Below, one piece after another: positions 1 through 9,645 of a stretch of DNA of 45,683 nt. The position numbers were made by a program, and so were the translations under genes. The stretch spans positions 1 through 45,683 of the forward strand of contig JAKLKB010000056.1 of assembly GCA_023150835.1 (NCBI GenBank). The letters run 5' to 3'. The notes beneath the pieces are model-generated. The model worked only from the letters and a program-made list of their open reading frames with translations. It did no database searches and was not told the DNA's origin. Within the stretch, counting starts at the first letter, position 1. Each line of letters starts with the position of its first letter. Source of the DNA: Myxococcota bacterium. GTDB taxonomy: Bacteria > Myxococcota_C > UBA6777.

Positions 1-80
1 AGCGTCTGCATTTCGTGCATACAGCGTGCGTCATGAAAAAACAAAATCCCCGATGCTTCCGACTTTCGCTCCCTCCCCTG

Positions 81-107
81 TTCACGGGGGAGGGCGGGGT
101 GGGGGGC
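81..107. repeat. GC-rich palindromic intergenic element (CCCTCCCC-TGTTCAC-GGGGGAGGG followed by a G-run)
   Basis: Inverted repeat CCCTCCCC/GGGGAGGG seen directly; resembles common short palindromic intergenic repeats. Confidence 0.5.
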
Positions 108-131
108 TTTCCTCCGCTTCACCTAACGCCT

Positions 132-152
132 ATGGGGCAAAGCCCCACAAAA
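132..152 (+). repeat. Partial copy (second hairpin only) of the dispersed double-hairpin repeat
   Basis: ATGGGGC-AAA-GCCCCACAAAA matches 1863-1883 GTGGGGCAAAGCTCCACAAAA. Confidence 0.6.
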
Positions 153-497
153 AACCAAACAAAAACCAAACGCAAAAACAAACAAAAACCAAAACAAACT
201 CCTGCATAAGGAGCCAAGACAAGAAGAGACCGAACTTTTGCTGTACGCATTCGTACACGGGCCGATCAAATGAACGCGGCCATGCCGCCCAAAACAAAGG
301 AGGCGAAGATGCCAGAGATTGCAAAACAACAAGTCCACTCCCCCAAAGCCCGCACCTTTGGGATGAGAAAAGCATAAACAACCCATACCTCGTACGTTTT
401 GAGAGATGTGGGTGTTTTGGTTTGACTCCCCAAGGCGCAATCGTTGATCACGCACAGTCGCTTGTATGCGTAGTGTGCTTTTTTCAGGAACAACACA

Positions 498-1796
498 TTG
501 AACGCTTTGACACGCTCAACATCACAAGACCTTTCTGTTTTGACCGATCCGTCTGACCTCTCTCGCATCGGCTGGCATCCGCTCTTTGAGACCGACACAC
601 AAGACCTCCCCCCCCTCGGTAAGATCGCTCGCGTGATCGCCGTGGATCGCGGAGGAGCGTGGGTGATCAGCCGCGACGATCTGGTGGCGCTCTCTGCCGA
701 CGCCTCACGCGATCCTTTGGACTGGCGAAGACGCCAGTTATGGGCGCGCTGGCACGCTCCATCGTCCGAAACATCGGCCTCTACGCCAACCAAGCCCCCT
801 CGCTCCACGTCCTCGAAAAAGACCGATAATCCGCGTAAACCATCGCCCAAAACCAACCATCCGCGTAAACCATCGCCCAAGATCGACACTCTCGAAGCCC
901 CGTTGGTTGGGGACTGGGTGCAGATCGAAGAAGCTGGCAAAGAAGCCCCGCGTATCCGAGCCATCCTCACACGGCGAAGCTGTCTTACGCGCAAGATGGC
1001 GGGGATTCGCATAGAAGCCCAAGGCATCGCTGCAAACATCGATCACATCGCGATCGTCACAGCCGCCGGCCAAGATTTTTCTGTTGCTCGGATCGAGCGC
1101 TATCTTGCGGCAGTGTGGGAAAGTGGAGCATCCCCCTCGATCCTGCTCAACAAGATCGACCAAGCCCCCGATGGTTACGCAGCATGGGTTGAACAGCTTC
1201 AACAGATCGCTTTGGGAGTGCCGATCTTTGCGATCAGTGCGCTGCATGGAAAGGGCCTCCAAGCATTCCAAGACAGCCTACAGCCCGGGATGACCGTTGC
1301 TTTGGTGGGTTCGTCGGGTGTGGGCAAGTCTACGCTGCTCAATGCTTGTGTCTCCCATGCCGCGCAACGCACGCATACAACGCGCTCTCACGACGAACAA
1401 GGCAAACATACCACCACCCGCCGCGAGATCTTTCTTGGCGATCACGGTGTCTGGTGGATCGATACGCCCGGGATGCGCGAGTTTAGCCCGTGGGATGCCC
1501 AACAAGGCTTGCAACACGTCTTTTCCGATATCTTGGAATACGCCAAACAATGCCGATTCCGCGACTGCACACACCACCAAGAACCCGGATGCGCCGTGCA
1601 ACAAGCCGCCACAGAAGGTCTGCTTCAACCCAAACGCATCGAACGCTACACCGCCCTCCAACGCGAAACCCACCACCAAAAAGAGCCAACCGATCAACGC
1701 ACCACCAAAGAAAAAAAAGAACATTGGAAAAGCGTCACCAAAGGCATACGCGATCGCCAAAAACTGCACCGACAACTCGGGATCGAAGAGTGGTGA
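498..1796 (+). CDS. rsgA: Ribosome small subunit-dependent GTPase A
   Basis: Circularly permuted GTPase motifs NKID (G4), GSSGVGKST (G1), HTTT (G2), DTPG (G3); OB-fold PLVGDWV; C-terminal zinc site CRFRDCTHHQEPGC. Start (TTG) uncertain. Confidence 0.93.
   Translation: MNALTRSTSQDLSVLTDPSDLSRIGWHPLFETDTQDLPPLGKIARVIAVDRGGAWVISRDDLVALSADASRDPLDWRRRQLWARWHAPSSETSASTPTKPPRSTSSKKTDNPRKPSPKTNHPRKPSPKIDTLEAPLVGDWVQIEEAGKEAPRIRAILTRRSCLTRKMAGIRIEAQGIAANIDHIAIVTAAGQDFSVARIERYLAAVWESGASPSILLNKIDQAPDGYAAWVEQLQQIALGVPIFAISALHGKGLQAFQDSLQPGMTVALVGSSGVGKSTLLNACVSHAAQRTHTTRSHDEQGKHTTTRREIFLGDHGVWWIDTPGMREFSPWDAQQGLQHVFSDILEYAKQCRFRDCTHHQEPGCAVQQAATEGLLQPKRIERYTALQRETHHQKEPTDQRTTKEKKEHWKSVTKGIRDRQKLHRQLGIEEW
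829..880 (+). repeat. Intragenic direct repeat with 30-bp period in rsgA
   Basis: ATCCGCGTAAACCATCGCCCAA at 829-850 and 859-880, encoding PRKPSPK twice. Confidence 0.9.
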
Positions 1797-1820
1797 GAAG
1801 CCCTAGGGCGTTTACTCACC

Positions 1821-1883
1821 CCGCCAACACGGGGTCAAGGGGACGAAGTTCCCTTGTGGGGTGTGGGGCAAAGCTCCACAAAA
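1821..1883 (+). repeat. Dispersed double-hairpin repeat, copy A (G-rich strand = +)
   Basis: GGGGTCAAGGGGACGAAGTTCCCTTGTGGGGTGTGGGGCAAAGCTCCAC; homologous to copies at ~4592, 29744, 35636, 36972 and 42208; lies between convergent genes. Confidence 0.9.
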
Positions 1884-1897
1884 TCAAGACGCCACTC

Positions 1898-3475
1898 CTA
1901 GCGTTCACCTCGCTCCAAAGCGCGCAAGAGTCCGAGGCAAACACCGCGCATCACGGGTTCGGCGGACTGGGCGGTTTGTTCGATGGCATCGAGCGCACGC
2001 GGATCGAAAGAAGCGATCTTGCTTAGGACTTTGGCGCAGACGCGAGCCACTTGGATGGCGGGATCACAGAGATGAGCGATCAAAGCATCGGTGCATCGGG
2101 CGGAGTGTTGCGGCAAAGAACCGAGCGGCAAGGAACCGAGCGCCAAGATCGCGGAGTGACGGACCTCCCACACAGGATCGTCAAGTACACCCAAGAGAGC
2201 TTCCACGCGGCTTGCGGCGTGTTGGTGAGAGCGCCCAAGAAGCTCTGCTGCGCACATACGATTTTGCCACGCATCATCCTGCAAAGCCCGAACAAATGCC
2301 GCACACGCGCCTGCATCCGCCACATCGATCTGCCCCAAGCCGATCAAGATCGACCGCCGCACCCGCCATCTCGGATCATCCAAGGCTTGCGCCATCACAG
2401 GGATCGCAGGACGTGCAGAGACCCCCGCACGCCCCATCACGCCCGCTGCATTTTGACGCCGTCGCCACGAAGGATGCGCGATCTGCTCCGTTAGCGCAGC
2501 GAGATCTTCTCCCAGATCGACTTCCCATCCTCGCAAAGCATCCATCGCTGCGATGCTGATCGCCTCATCTTCCTCAGCGATCCTCTGCCGCCACAACACC
2601 CGATCCACTTCGGGTCCTCGCGCCAAACGCCCCAAAGCTTCGACCGCCATCCGACGCTCCCACGGCTCTTCAGAAGCCAACATCCGATGCAGTGCTTCTC
2701 GTCGCCCTGCCGAAAGAGGCTGTGGATGGTCCTTCAACGCTTCCGCCGCGTAACCACGCACAGCGTAATAAGGGTGCGCCAACGCAGTTTCCAACGCAGC
2801 ATCCGCCTGTTTCGAGATCTTCTTTAAGCAGCGCAACGTCTGCGCCGATTGTGCGGCGACTTGGGCGTCTGCGTCTTGCAACAAACGGATCAAGACCTCT
2901 TCATAAGGCCAAGATCCCGCCCCTGTCGCCAACAACAGCCACGAAGCTCGACGCCGCAACAACACTTCTTCGGACTTCTCTAACCAAGCCACCGCCTGCG
3001 CTGCAACCTCCCCACGCATCGACTCCGTAGCCGCCTCCAACGCTCCCTCATGACCGAGCAATTGAAACGCGATGCACACAAAGCCCTGTTCCACAGGGAC
3101 TTGACGCAGACTCTGTAAAAGCTGCGAGATCAAAGCACGCCAACTGTCCCGCCCTTCGGCAGGATGCTTCATCTCAAGGCGCGTAAGCTGCTCTCCCAAC
3201 TCAAACACCCACGCATCATCCTCCGCCCGCAAACAAGTCAAACAAGCCCATCGCTCCGAAGGTTCGAGATCTTTCATCCCCGACAGCAAACGCACGATCT
3301 CTCGCCGCATCCACGTCGAAATCCCCTCCAAAGCAAGCAATGTGGAAAGCTGCTGCCGATCCGATGGATCGGCTTGCTCACAACGTCGTAGCTTTCGCAT
3401 CACACGCAACAAACGCTCCCGTTCGGGCGAGGCGACGGCCTCTTCCATCCACGTCCTTGCTTCTTGATCCAACAT
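1898..3475 (-). CDS. HEAT/PBS-lyase repeat protein
   Basis: Many L.D..W.VR..A..ALG repeats (LDDPRWRVRRSILIGLG, LDDPVWEVRHSAILALG); GGAG upstream of ATG. Confidence 0.85.
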   Translation of the reverse strand: MLDQEARTWMEEAVASPERERLLRVMRKLRRCEQADPSDRQQLSTLLALEGISTWMRREIVRLLSGMKDLEPSERWACLTCLRAEDDAWVFELGEQLTRLEMKHPAEGRDSWRALISQLLQSLRQVPVEQGFVCIAFQLLGHEGALEAATESMRGEVAAQAVAWLEKSEEVLLRRRASWLLLATGAGSWPYEEVLIRLLQDADAQVAAQSAQTLRCLKKISKQADAALETALAHPYYAVRGYAAEALKDHPQPLSAGRREALHRMLASEEPWERRMAVEALGRLARGPEVDRVLWRQRIAEEDEAISIAAMDALRGWEVDLGEDLAALTEQIAHPSWRRRQNAAGVMGRAGVSARPAIPVMAQALDDPRWRVRRSILIGLGQIDVADAGACAAFVRALQDDAWQNRMCAAELLGRSHQHAASRVEALLGVLDDPVWEVRHSAILALGSLPLGSLPQHSARCTDALIAHLCDPAIQVARVCAKVLSKIASFDPRALDAIEQTAQSAEPVMRGVCLGLLRALERGER

Positions 3476-3629
3476 CCCGCAACCTACTCCATCGTCACCG
3501 CGTGCGGATCACCCTGCACGCCTCTTTGCAGACAGCCACCACCGCACCCATGCGCTCGGTCGCGGCCTTTTCTCTTACAGCCCAAGGCATAACACGACCA
3601 CGTCTCTCCAGCAAGACAAAGGAACCCGT

Positions 3630-4568
3630 ATGTTGCGCGCCGCCCTCGATATCGGAACCAACTCCTTCCTTCTCACGATCGCAGAGGTCCAAGAAGCCAC
3701 GATCTCGCACGTCCTCGCGGATGAACTACGCATCGTCCGCCTCGGCCAAGATCTCCAAACACGCGGTTCCCTCCATCCCGACGCCAAAGATCGCGCACGT
3801 ACCGCTCTGCGCGAACTCCTTGCGATCTGCGCGCAACACGGTATCTCGGCCCACAGCGTTCGGGCGGTCGGAACCAGCGCCTTACGCGATGCTCTCGATG
3901 GACCCGCCTTTTGCGAGGAGATCCACCAAGAACTCGGATTACGCATCTTGCGCATCTCTGGTCAGGCCGAAGCGCAGATCTCTTGGTGCGGGGCTTTGAG
4001 CGATCTTCCCACCCAAGGGATGCAAGAAGCCCTATTGATCGACATCGGCGGCGGTAGTACCGAACTGATCTGGGATCAAGGGCGCTCCGCTTACAGCCTG
4101 CAAGTCGGTGTCGTGCGCGCAAGAGAACAATTCTTCCATGCCGACCCACCGACCCCACAAGCCTTACAGGCCGTCGCAGAGGATCTGCGCACCAAGCTTG
4201 CATCCCTACCGCTCCCCCACGCGCCCTCTCCCGTGATCGCCGTCGCAGGAACCGCGACCACACTTGTTGCCGTACAACACGGACTCGATCCCTACGATGG
4301 CTCTCGCGTACACGGTATGTCGATCACACACGCCGAGATCCTCCGTCAGATCGGGATGTACACACACATGACGCTCGAACAACGCAAACAGATCCCCGGC
4401 CTTGCGCCCCAACGCGCCGACTTGATCCCCGCAGGCGCACAGATCCTCGCCACTCTCCTCGATATCTTTCATGCCCCAAGCGCCCTTGTCTCCGACCGAG
4501 GCGTACGCTATGGCCTACTTCTGGCCGAAGAGTCCGCCCTTTTTGATGGAACACTTCACACCAATTAG
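3630..4568 (+). CDS. ppx: Ppx/GppA family exopolyphosphatase (short form)
   Basis: ALDIGTNS, VGTSALRDA, ISGQAEA, IDIGGGSTE, RADLIPAG, SDRGVRYG; AAGGA RBS. Confidence 0.9.
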   Translation: MLRAALDIGTNSFLLTIAEVQEATISHVLADELRIVRLGQDLQTRGSLHPDAKDRARTALRELLAICAQHGISAHSVRAVGTSALRDALDGPAFCEEIHQELGLRILRISGQAEAQISWCGALSDLPTQGMQEALLIDIGGGSTELIWDQGRSAYSLQVGVVRAREQFFHADPPTPQALQAVAEDLRTKLASLPLPHAPSPVIAVAGTATTLVAVQHGLDPYDGSRVHGMSITHAEILRQIGMYTHMTLEQRKQIPGLAPQRADLIPAGAQILATLLDIFHAPSALVSDRGVRYGLLLAEESALFDGTLHTN

Positions 4569-4591
4569 GCGCAGCTTGTTGCGATGGTTTG

Positions 4592-4733
4592 GTGGGGCGT
4601 TGCCCTATACCCCACAAGGGAGCTCTGCCCCCTTGACCCCGTATCGGCGGGACGGATAGACGTTTTTCACATCAACAACCCTGCCGCTTGAAGTGGCGCG
4701 TACACGGGGGATGTTGAAAAACGATGTCGCTCC
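4592..4733 (-). repeat. Dispersed double-hairpin repeat, copy B (long form; G-rich strand = -)
   Basis: GTGGGGCGTTGCCCTATACCCCACAAGGGAGCTCTGCCCCCTTGACCCCG followed by the ACGTTTTT...GCTTGA...ACACGGGG tail; lies between convergent genes. Confidence 0.85.
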
Positions 4734-4755
4734 TTTGGCGGCGATAGACCTCGTT

Positions 4756-5934
4756 TTACACCACCCGATGCTTGATGTGTTGGATGGCTTCTTCGAGTCC
4801 TTCGACAGTCAACGGAAACATCGAGAAGATCTCGCGGATCAAGCGGTTGGTGTAAGTCGTGTCCCAGTAAGGCAAGGGATCGGGATTCAACCACGCAGAA
4901 CGCGGAAAACGCTCTGCGATCCGCTGCAACCACACCAGCCCGGGTTCGGGATTGTTATGGAAAAAATCGATCGCTCCGCCTGCCGACGTCAATTCATACG
5001 GACTCATCGCCGCATCACCCACGATCATGCAGTACCACTCACGATCCAATTGCTCCAACAGATGCTTGGTTTCTTCGCCCTTCATCAAGGAGATATCTTG
5101 ATAAAGCCGCTCGTACGGGCAGTTGTGAAAATAATAAAAGCGAAAGGCTTTGAAGTGGTTGGCGGCGTGGGCCGCCGAAAACAAACGCTCGCAAAGGTGA
5201 GTGTAGGGGGTCATCGACCCCCCCACATCCATCAACAACAGCAGTTTGACGGTGTTTTTGCGGGGCGCACGAAAAACAATCTCGATATCTCCTGCATTTT
5301 TGGCGGTTTCGTCGATGGTCTCATCAAGATCGAGTTCATCTTGCGCACCATCACGTCGCAACTGCCGAAGCTGCCGAAGCGCAACACCGATCGATCGCGT
5401 ATCAAGAACCACGTCGTGCCGTAGGTTGCGAAACAGCCGTTTCGAGGCGACTTGGATCGCCGAACGACCGCCGCCTTCGCCACCCACGCGGATCCCTGCG
5501 GGATTCTGCCCACCCTGACCAAACGGACTGGTACCGCCCGTCCCGATCCAACGGCTCCCCCCATCATGCCGCTCTTTTTGCTCTTTTAGACGCTGCTCAA
5601 AAAGCTCCCGCAGCCGCTCCAGATCGAGTGCCTCCAATTGTTCCCGTTCTTCGGGGCTTAGATCGGGTGGCGGGATCGGCGAGGACAACCAGTCCAACAA
5701 CTGCTCGCTCAACGCTTCGGGTGCTTCGGCATCTTGGAAGAAACTGGCAAAACATTGATCGTACAGATCGTACTGCGACTCTCGCTTCACACAGATCGCA
5801 CGGCACAGATGATAAAAGCGCATCAACGAAGTCCCCGACAGCTCACGCCCCAACGCCTCCATCAAGGTCATCCACTCCGTCACACTTACCTTGATCCCAT
5901 GACTCCGAAGAAAATAGAAAAAGTCGATAAACAT
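4756..5934 (-). CDS. VWA domain protein (CoxE-like), partner of MoxR
   Basis: GGSRWIGTGGTSPFG, MIDAS-like LMDVGGSM, YFHNC, IVGDAAMSPYE, WLNP; start moved to ATG 5934 (GAGGA RBS). Confidence 0.85.
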   Translation of the reverse strand: MFIDFFYFLRSHGIKVSVTEWMTLMEALGRELSGTSLMRFYHLCRAICVKRESQYDLYDQCFASFFQDAEAPEALSEQLLDWLSSPIPPPDLSPEEREQLEALDLERLRELFEQRLKEQKERHDGGSRWIGTGGTSPFGQGGQNPAGIRVGGEGGGRSAIQVASKRLFRNLRHDVVLDTRSIGVALRQLRQLRRDGAQDELDLDETIDETAKNAGDIEIVFRAPRKNTVKLLLLMDVGGSMTPYTHLCERLFSAAHAANHFKAFRFYYFHNCPYERLYQDISLMKGEETKHLLEQLDREWYCMIVGDAAMSPYELTSAGGAIDFFHNNPEPGLVWLQRIAERFPRSAWLNPDPLPYWDTTYTNRLIREIFSMFPLTVEGLEEAIQHIKHRVV

Positions 5935-6006
5935 ATCCTCAAGATCCCCATTCTTCGGGCTGTTGCGCGTCCATCGGGCTTCGCGCAACGCGATCGCGGC
6001 CCCGTC

Positions 6007-6846
6007 TCACGCAAAGATCTTTTTCCCACGTTGCATGATCTGTTGAAACGCCCGAGTATCCGTCTCTTTCTTCAACAATACGCCAAGGTACGGGATCTCG
6101 CGCTTCATGCTCGACAAATCGATCCCACCACGCGCTAAGGCCCCGATCCAATCGATCAGCTCGCTCGTCGAAGGGCGTTTGCGGATCTCGGACTGCTCGC
6201 GTATCCAATAAAAGCGCTCCAAACATTGCTTGATCAGCGTACCATCCAAGTGCGGGTGATGCACTCGGACGATCTGCGTCATCATCTCAGGCTCGGGAAA
6301 GGCGATGTAATGAAACACACAACGCCGCAAAAAAGCGTCAGGTAGCTCTTTTTCCGCATTGGACGTGATCACCACCATCGGTCGGTGTTTTGCGATCACT
6401 TCTTCGTTGGTTTCCATGATCGTAAAGCGCATCGCATCCAACTCGTGCAGCAGATCGTTGGGAAACTCCATATCGGCCTTGTCCACCTCATCGATCAACA
6501 ACACCACGCGCTCTTCACTCGCAAAAGACCGCCCCAACGGACCCAGACGAATATAGTTGCGGATATCCGAAACATCCCCCTCACCAAAACGACTGTCGTT
6601 CAAACGTTGCACCGTATCGTACACATACGCCCCATCTTGGGCCTTCGACGTCGACTTCACATGCCAACGGATCAAAGGCATCCCCAAGCCCTCTGCGATC
6701 GCTTCCGCAAGCAGCGTCTTACCCGTCCCCGGCTCTCCCTTCAACAACAACGGACGCTCCAACGTCAACGCAACGTTCACCGCGTCTTGCAGATCACGCG
6801 AAGCAATATATCGCTGTGTACCTTGAAATCGATGAAATCCACTCAT
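6007..6846 (-). CDS. MoxR-family AAA+ ATPase (CoxD-like)
   Basis: Walker A GEPGTGKT, Walker B LLIDEVDKAD, FPNDLL, TSNAEKELPDAFLRRC. Confidence 0.9.
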   Translation of the reverse strand: MSGFHRFQGTQRYIASRDLQDAVNVALTLERPLLLKGEPGTGKTLLAEAIAEGLGMPLIRWHVKSTSKAQDGAYVYDTVQRLNDSRFGEGDVSDIRNYIRLGPLGRSFASEERVVLLIDEVDKADMEFPNDLLHELDAMRFTIMETNEEVIAKHRPMVVITSNAEKELPDAFLRRCVFHYIAFPEPEMMTQIVRVHHPHLDGTLIKQCLERFYWIREQSEIRKRPSTSELIDWIGALARGGIDLSSMKREIPYLGVLLKKETDTRAFQQIMQRGKKIFA

Positions 6847-7094
6847 TCACAACCCTCATCACGCCGCATTTTCGGGCGATATGCCCTCCCTTTGCGCGGC
6901 ATTCTTGCGTTCGATGCCTTTACGGTCTCGCCTTTTTCGAGTTAATCTGACCGACAAACCGATGAGGCTGAAACCACGCATCGCAGTATAACCAGACACG
7001 TGCCTCTTGTCAGCTTCCGTCCCCGAAAAGACGCATCCAAGAGGCCACCCGTCACCCCGACACACGTATGGCTCGTTGCTGCGATGCTCCTACG

Positions 7095-7148
7095 GCTTGC
7101 CGAACCGACGCTCTTACAGCTTGCCGAACCGACGCTCTTACAGCTTGC
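7095..7148 (+). repeat. 24-bp tandem repeat (~2.2 copies) in the divergent promoter region
   Basis: GCTTGCCGAACCGACGCTCTTACA twice, then GCTTGC. Confidence 0.85.
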
Positions 7149-7205
7149 GGGCTCGACAGGCTTGGTGCTCTGTCCGCATCACCGCTCACCCAACGAGGCG
7201 ATCGA

Positions 7206-9545
7206 ATGAACCGAACCGCCAAATCGAAAAAACATTCCTCCACGCATGACAACCCTCCAAGCGCTCCCTCCGCAGCCTCCAAGACACCACCACCGACCGC
7301 TCCAAGCGATCCCTCCGAAAGCTCGGAGAGACAACCATCGACGCCAGCAAGCCATCCCTCCACAACCTCGGAGATACAGGCTCTGCGCGATGCTCTTGCG
7401 CGGTACAAAGTCAAAGAAGACTTTCTTCGCAACGTCTCAAAAAAGACCTCTCACTTAACAGGCGAGGCTTTTTTATGCGCCATCGTCCAAGAAGTCGCCC
7501 TCGGACTCGATATCCCAGACGTCTTGATCGCCGAAAAAAACGGCCCACAGCTCCGAACTGTGGCACTTTGGAAAGCAGGCACACTTTACACCGATTGCCC
7601 GCTGCCTTGGTCCGAACTCCCTTGCTTTTATACCCCCAAAGACGACGAAGGGATCTGCCGCTTTGTCTGTGAAAAGCGCCAAACGACGCCTTGCCCGCTC
7701 GTCCAACAACAAGGACTCGGCATCCCGCTGCACAACCATTCTCTCGAAGTGATCGGCTACTTCTGCGTCGCCGATCACGATCCACTCGAATACATCGAGG
7801 ATCTGATCGATCTGCTCAAGATCCTCGCGTCGCGCATCGCCGCCGAACTCGAACACCGACAAACCAACCGCTCCCTCCAAGCCCTCAACCAAGAACTCGA
7901 ACAACGCGTGCTCGAACGCACCCAAGCCCTCCACACCTCCGAACAAAAATACCGCACCCTGTTCGAGGAAAATCAAGACGCTGTGATGCTCTTGCACAAC
8001 GAGCATTTTCTCGACTGCAACCGCGCCACCCTTCAACTCTTTGGCTGCGAAACCAAAGAACAATTTCACGGAAAGCGCCCTGCCGACTTTTCGCCTTCTC
8101 ACCAGTCTTGCGGCACTCCGACCCCACAACGCGCACAACACGAACTGAGCATCGCCTTCCAACAAGGCAAACATCGCTTCGAGTGGCTTCACCAACGCCT
8201 CGATGGAACGATCTTTCCCGCAGAAGTGTGGCTCACCGCCATCCCCAGCCAAATCCCCGCCCAGATCATCGCTGTGGTGCGCGATATCTCCGCACAAAAA
8301 CAAGCCGAAGAACAACGCAACCAACACAACGAACAACTCCAACGCGCCAACGAAGAATTGGACCAAGCCACCCGCCATAAAGACGAATTCTTGGCCAACA
8401 TGAGCCACGAACTCCGCACCCCGCTCAACGTGATCCTCGGTATGTCCGAAGGACTCCAAGAAGGTATCTTTGGCCCGCTCAGCAAAGAACACCTCCAAGC
8501 TCTCCGCACCATCGAGCGCAGCGGACGCCATCTACTCGAACTGATCAACGATATCCTTGACCTCGCCAAGATCGAAGCGGGGCGACTGTCCCTCCAAGAA
8601 GCCCCTGTCCCTGTTCATTATCTGTGCGAAACTAGCCTGTCTTTTGTGCGGCAGATGGCCCAACAAAAAAACATCGCGCTCACCCATTCGATCCAACAAG
8701 GCGTCCACGAGATGATCCTCGACGAGCGCAGGATGCGCCAAGTCCTGCTCAACCTCCTCAACAACGCCGTCAAATTCACCCCCGAACACGGCAAGGTCGA
8801 GCTAAGCGTCTTTCTTCAAACCCAAGAAAACAACGAACGCTATGTCTGCTTTTCTGTGAGCGACACAGGAATCGGCCTCAAATCCGAAGATCTCGGACGC
8901 CTATTTCAAAGCTTTGTCCAGATCGACAGCCGACTCAATCGCCAACACCAAGGCACAGGCTTGGGCCTCGCTTTGGTCAAACGCATCGTCGACTTGCACG
9001 GAGGGATCGTCCAAGCCGAAAGCGTTGTTGGACAAGGTAGCCGTTTTACCGCCTGTTTGCCTGCCAAACGCCTTTTGCGCTCGTTGACAACCACCAGTGG
9101 TTTGCTTAAAACAGTTCGGCTCAACGCGGATGTGACAAAGGCCACCCCGTCGGACGAAAGCGCCCCCCCGCTCTTGTTGCTTGTCGAAGACAACGAGGCC
9201 AATACCAACACCGTTTCGCGTTACTTAGAAAGCCGTGGATACCAAGTGCTCTCAGCAAGCAACGGCATCGAAGCCCTGCAAAGCCTTGAGAAACACACCC
9301 CCGCTCTGATCTTGATGGATATCCAGATGCCTGTCATGGACGGGTTGGAAGCGATACGCCACATCCGCCTCCAACAACGATGGGCTTCGATCCCTATCGT
9401 TGCGCTCACTGCCCTCACGATGCCCGGAGATCGCGAACGATGTCTCGCCGTCGGTGCCACCGAATATCTTGCAAAACCTTTTCGATTGAAACACTTACGC
9501 GATGTGATTCAAAAAATGCTCAAACAAGCCTCCAGCGAAAAGTGA
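7206..9545 (+). CDS. Hybrid sensor histidine kinase (GAF-like, PAS, HisKA, HATPase, REC)
   Basis: H-box MSHELRTPL, N-box NLLNNAVKFT, G1 DTGIG, G2 GTGLGL, REC LLVED/LMDIQMP/KP; start placed at ATG 7206 because the upstream frame runs through a repeat. Confidence 0.92.
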   Translation: MNRTAKSKKHSSTHDNPPSAPSAASKTPPPTAPSDPSESSERQPSTPASHPSTTSEIQALRDALARYKVKEDFLRNVSKKTSHLTGEAFLCAIVQEVALGLDIPDVLIAEKNGPQLRTVALWKAGTLYTDCPLPWSELPCFYTPKDDEGICRFVCEKRQTTPCPLVQQQGLGIPLHNHSLEVIGYFCVADHDPLEYIEDLIDLLKILASRIAAELEHRQTNRSLQALNQELEQRVLERTQALHTSEQKYRTLFEENQDAVMLLHNEHFLDCNRATLQLFGCETKEQFHGKRPADFSPSHQSCGTPTPQRAQHELSIAFQQGKHRFEWLHQRLDGTIFPAEVWLTAIPSQIPAQIIAVVRDISAQKQAEEQRNQHNEQLQRANEELDQATRHKDEFLANMSHELRTPLNVILGMSEGLQEGIFGPLSKEHLQALRTIERSGRHLLELINDILDLAKIEAGRLSLQEAPVPVHYLCETSLSFVRQMAQQKNIALTHSIQQGVHEMILDERRMRQVLLNLLNNAVKFTPEHGKVELSVFLQTQENNERYVCFSVSDTGIGLKSEDLGRLFQSFVQIDSRLNRQHQGTGLGLALVKRIVDLHGGIVQAESVVGQGSRFTACLPAKRLLRSLTTTSGLLKTVRLNADVTKATPSDESAPPLLLLVEDNEANTNTVSRYLESRGYQVLSASNGIEALQSLEKHTPALILMDIQMPVMDGLEAIRHIRLQQRWASIPIVALTALTMPGDRERCLAVGATEYLAKPFRLKHLRDVIQKMLKQASSEK

Positions 9546-9645
9546 GCGCTCAAAAACCTGAGCAAGGTTGGTGAAAGCTGATGCACTTCCAAAAATCCGA
9601 ACCTCGTGCGCCAGTTCGTACAGCAACCAAGGTTGATAAGAGCTG

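Noticed and set aside
15-556. ORFs 15..209 and 26..556
   Set aside because: They run through palindromic repeats and an A/C-rich low-complexity tract; no recognisable motif
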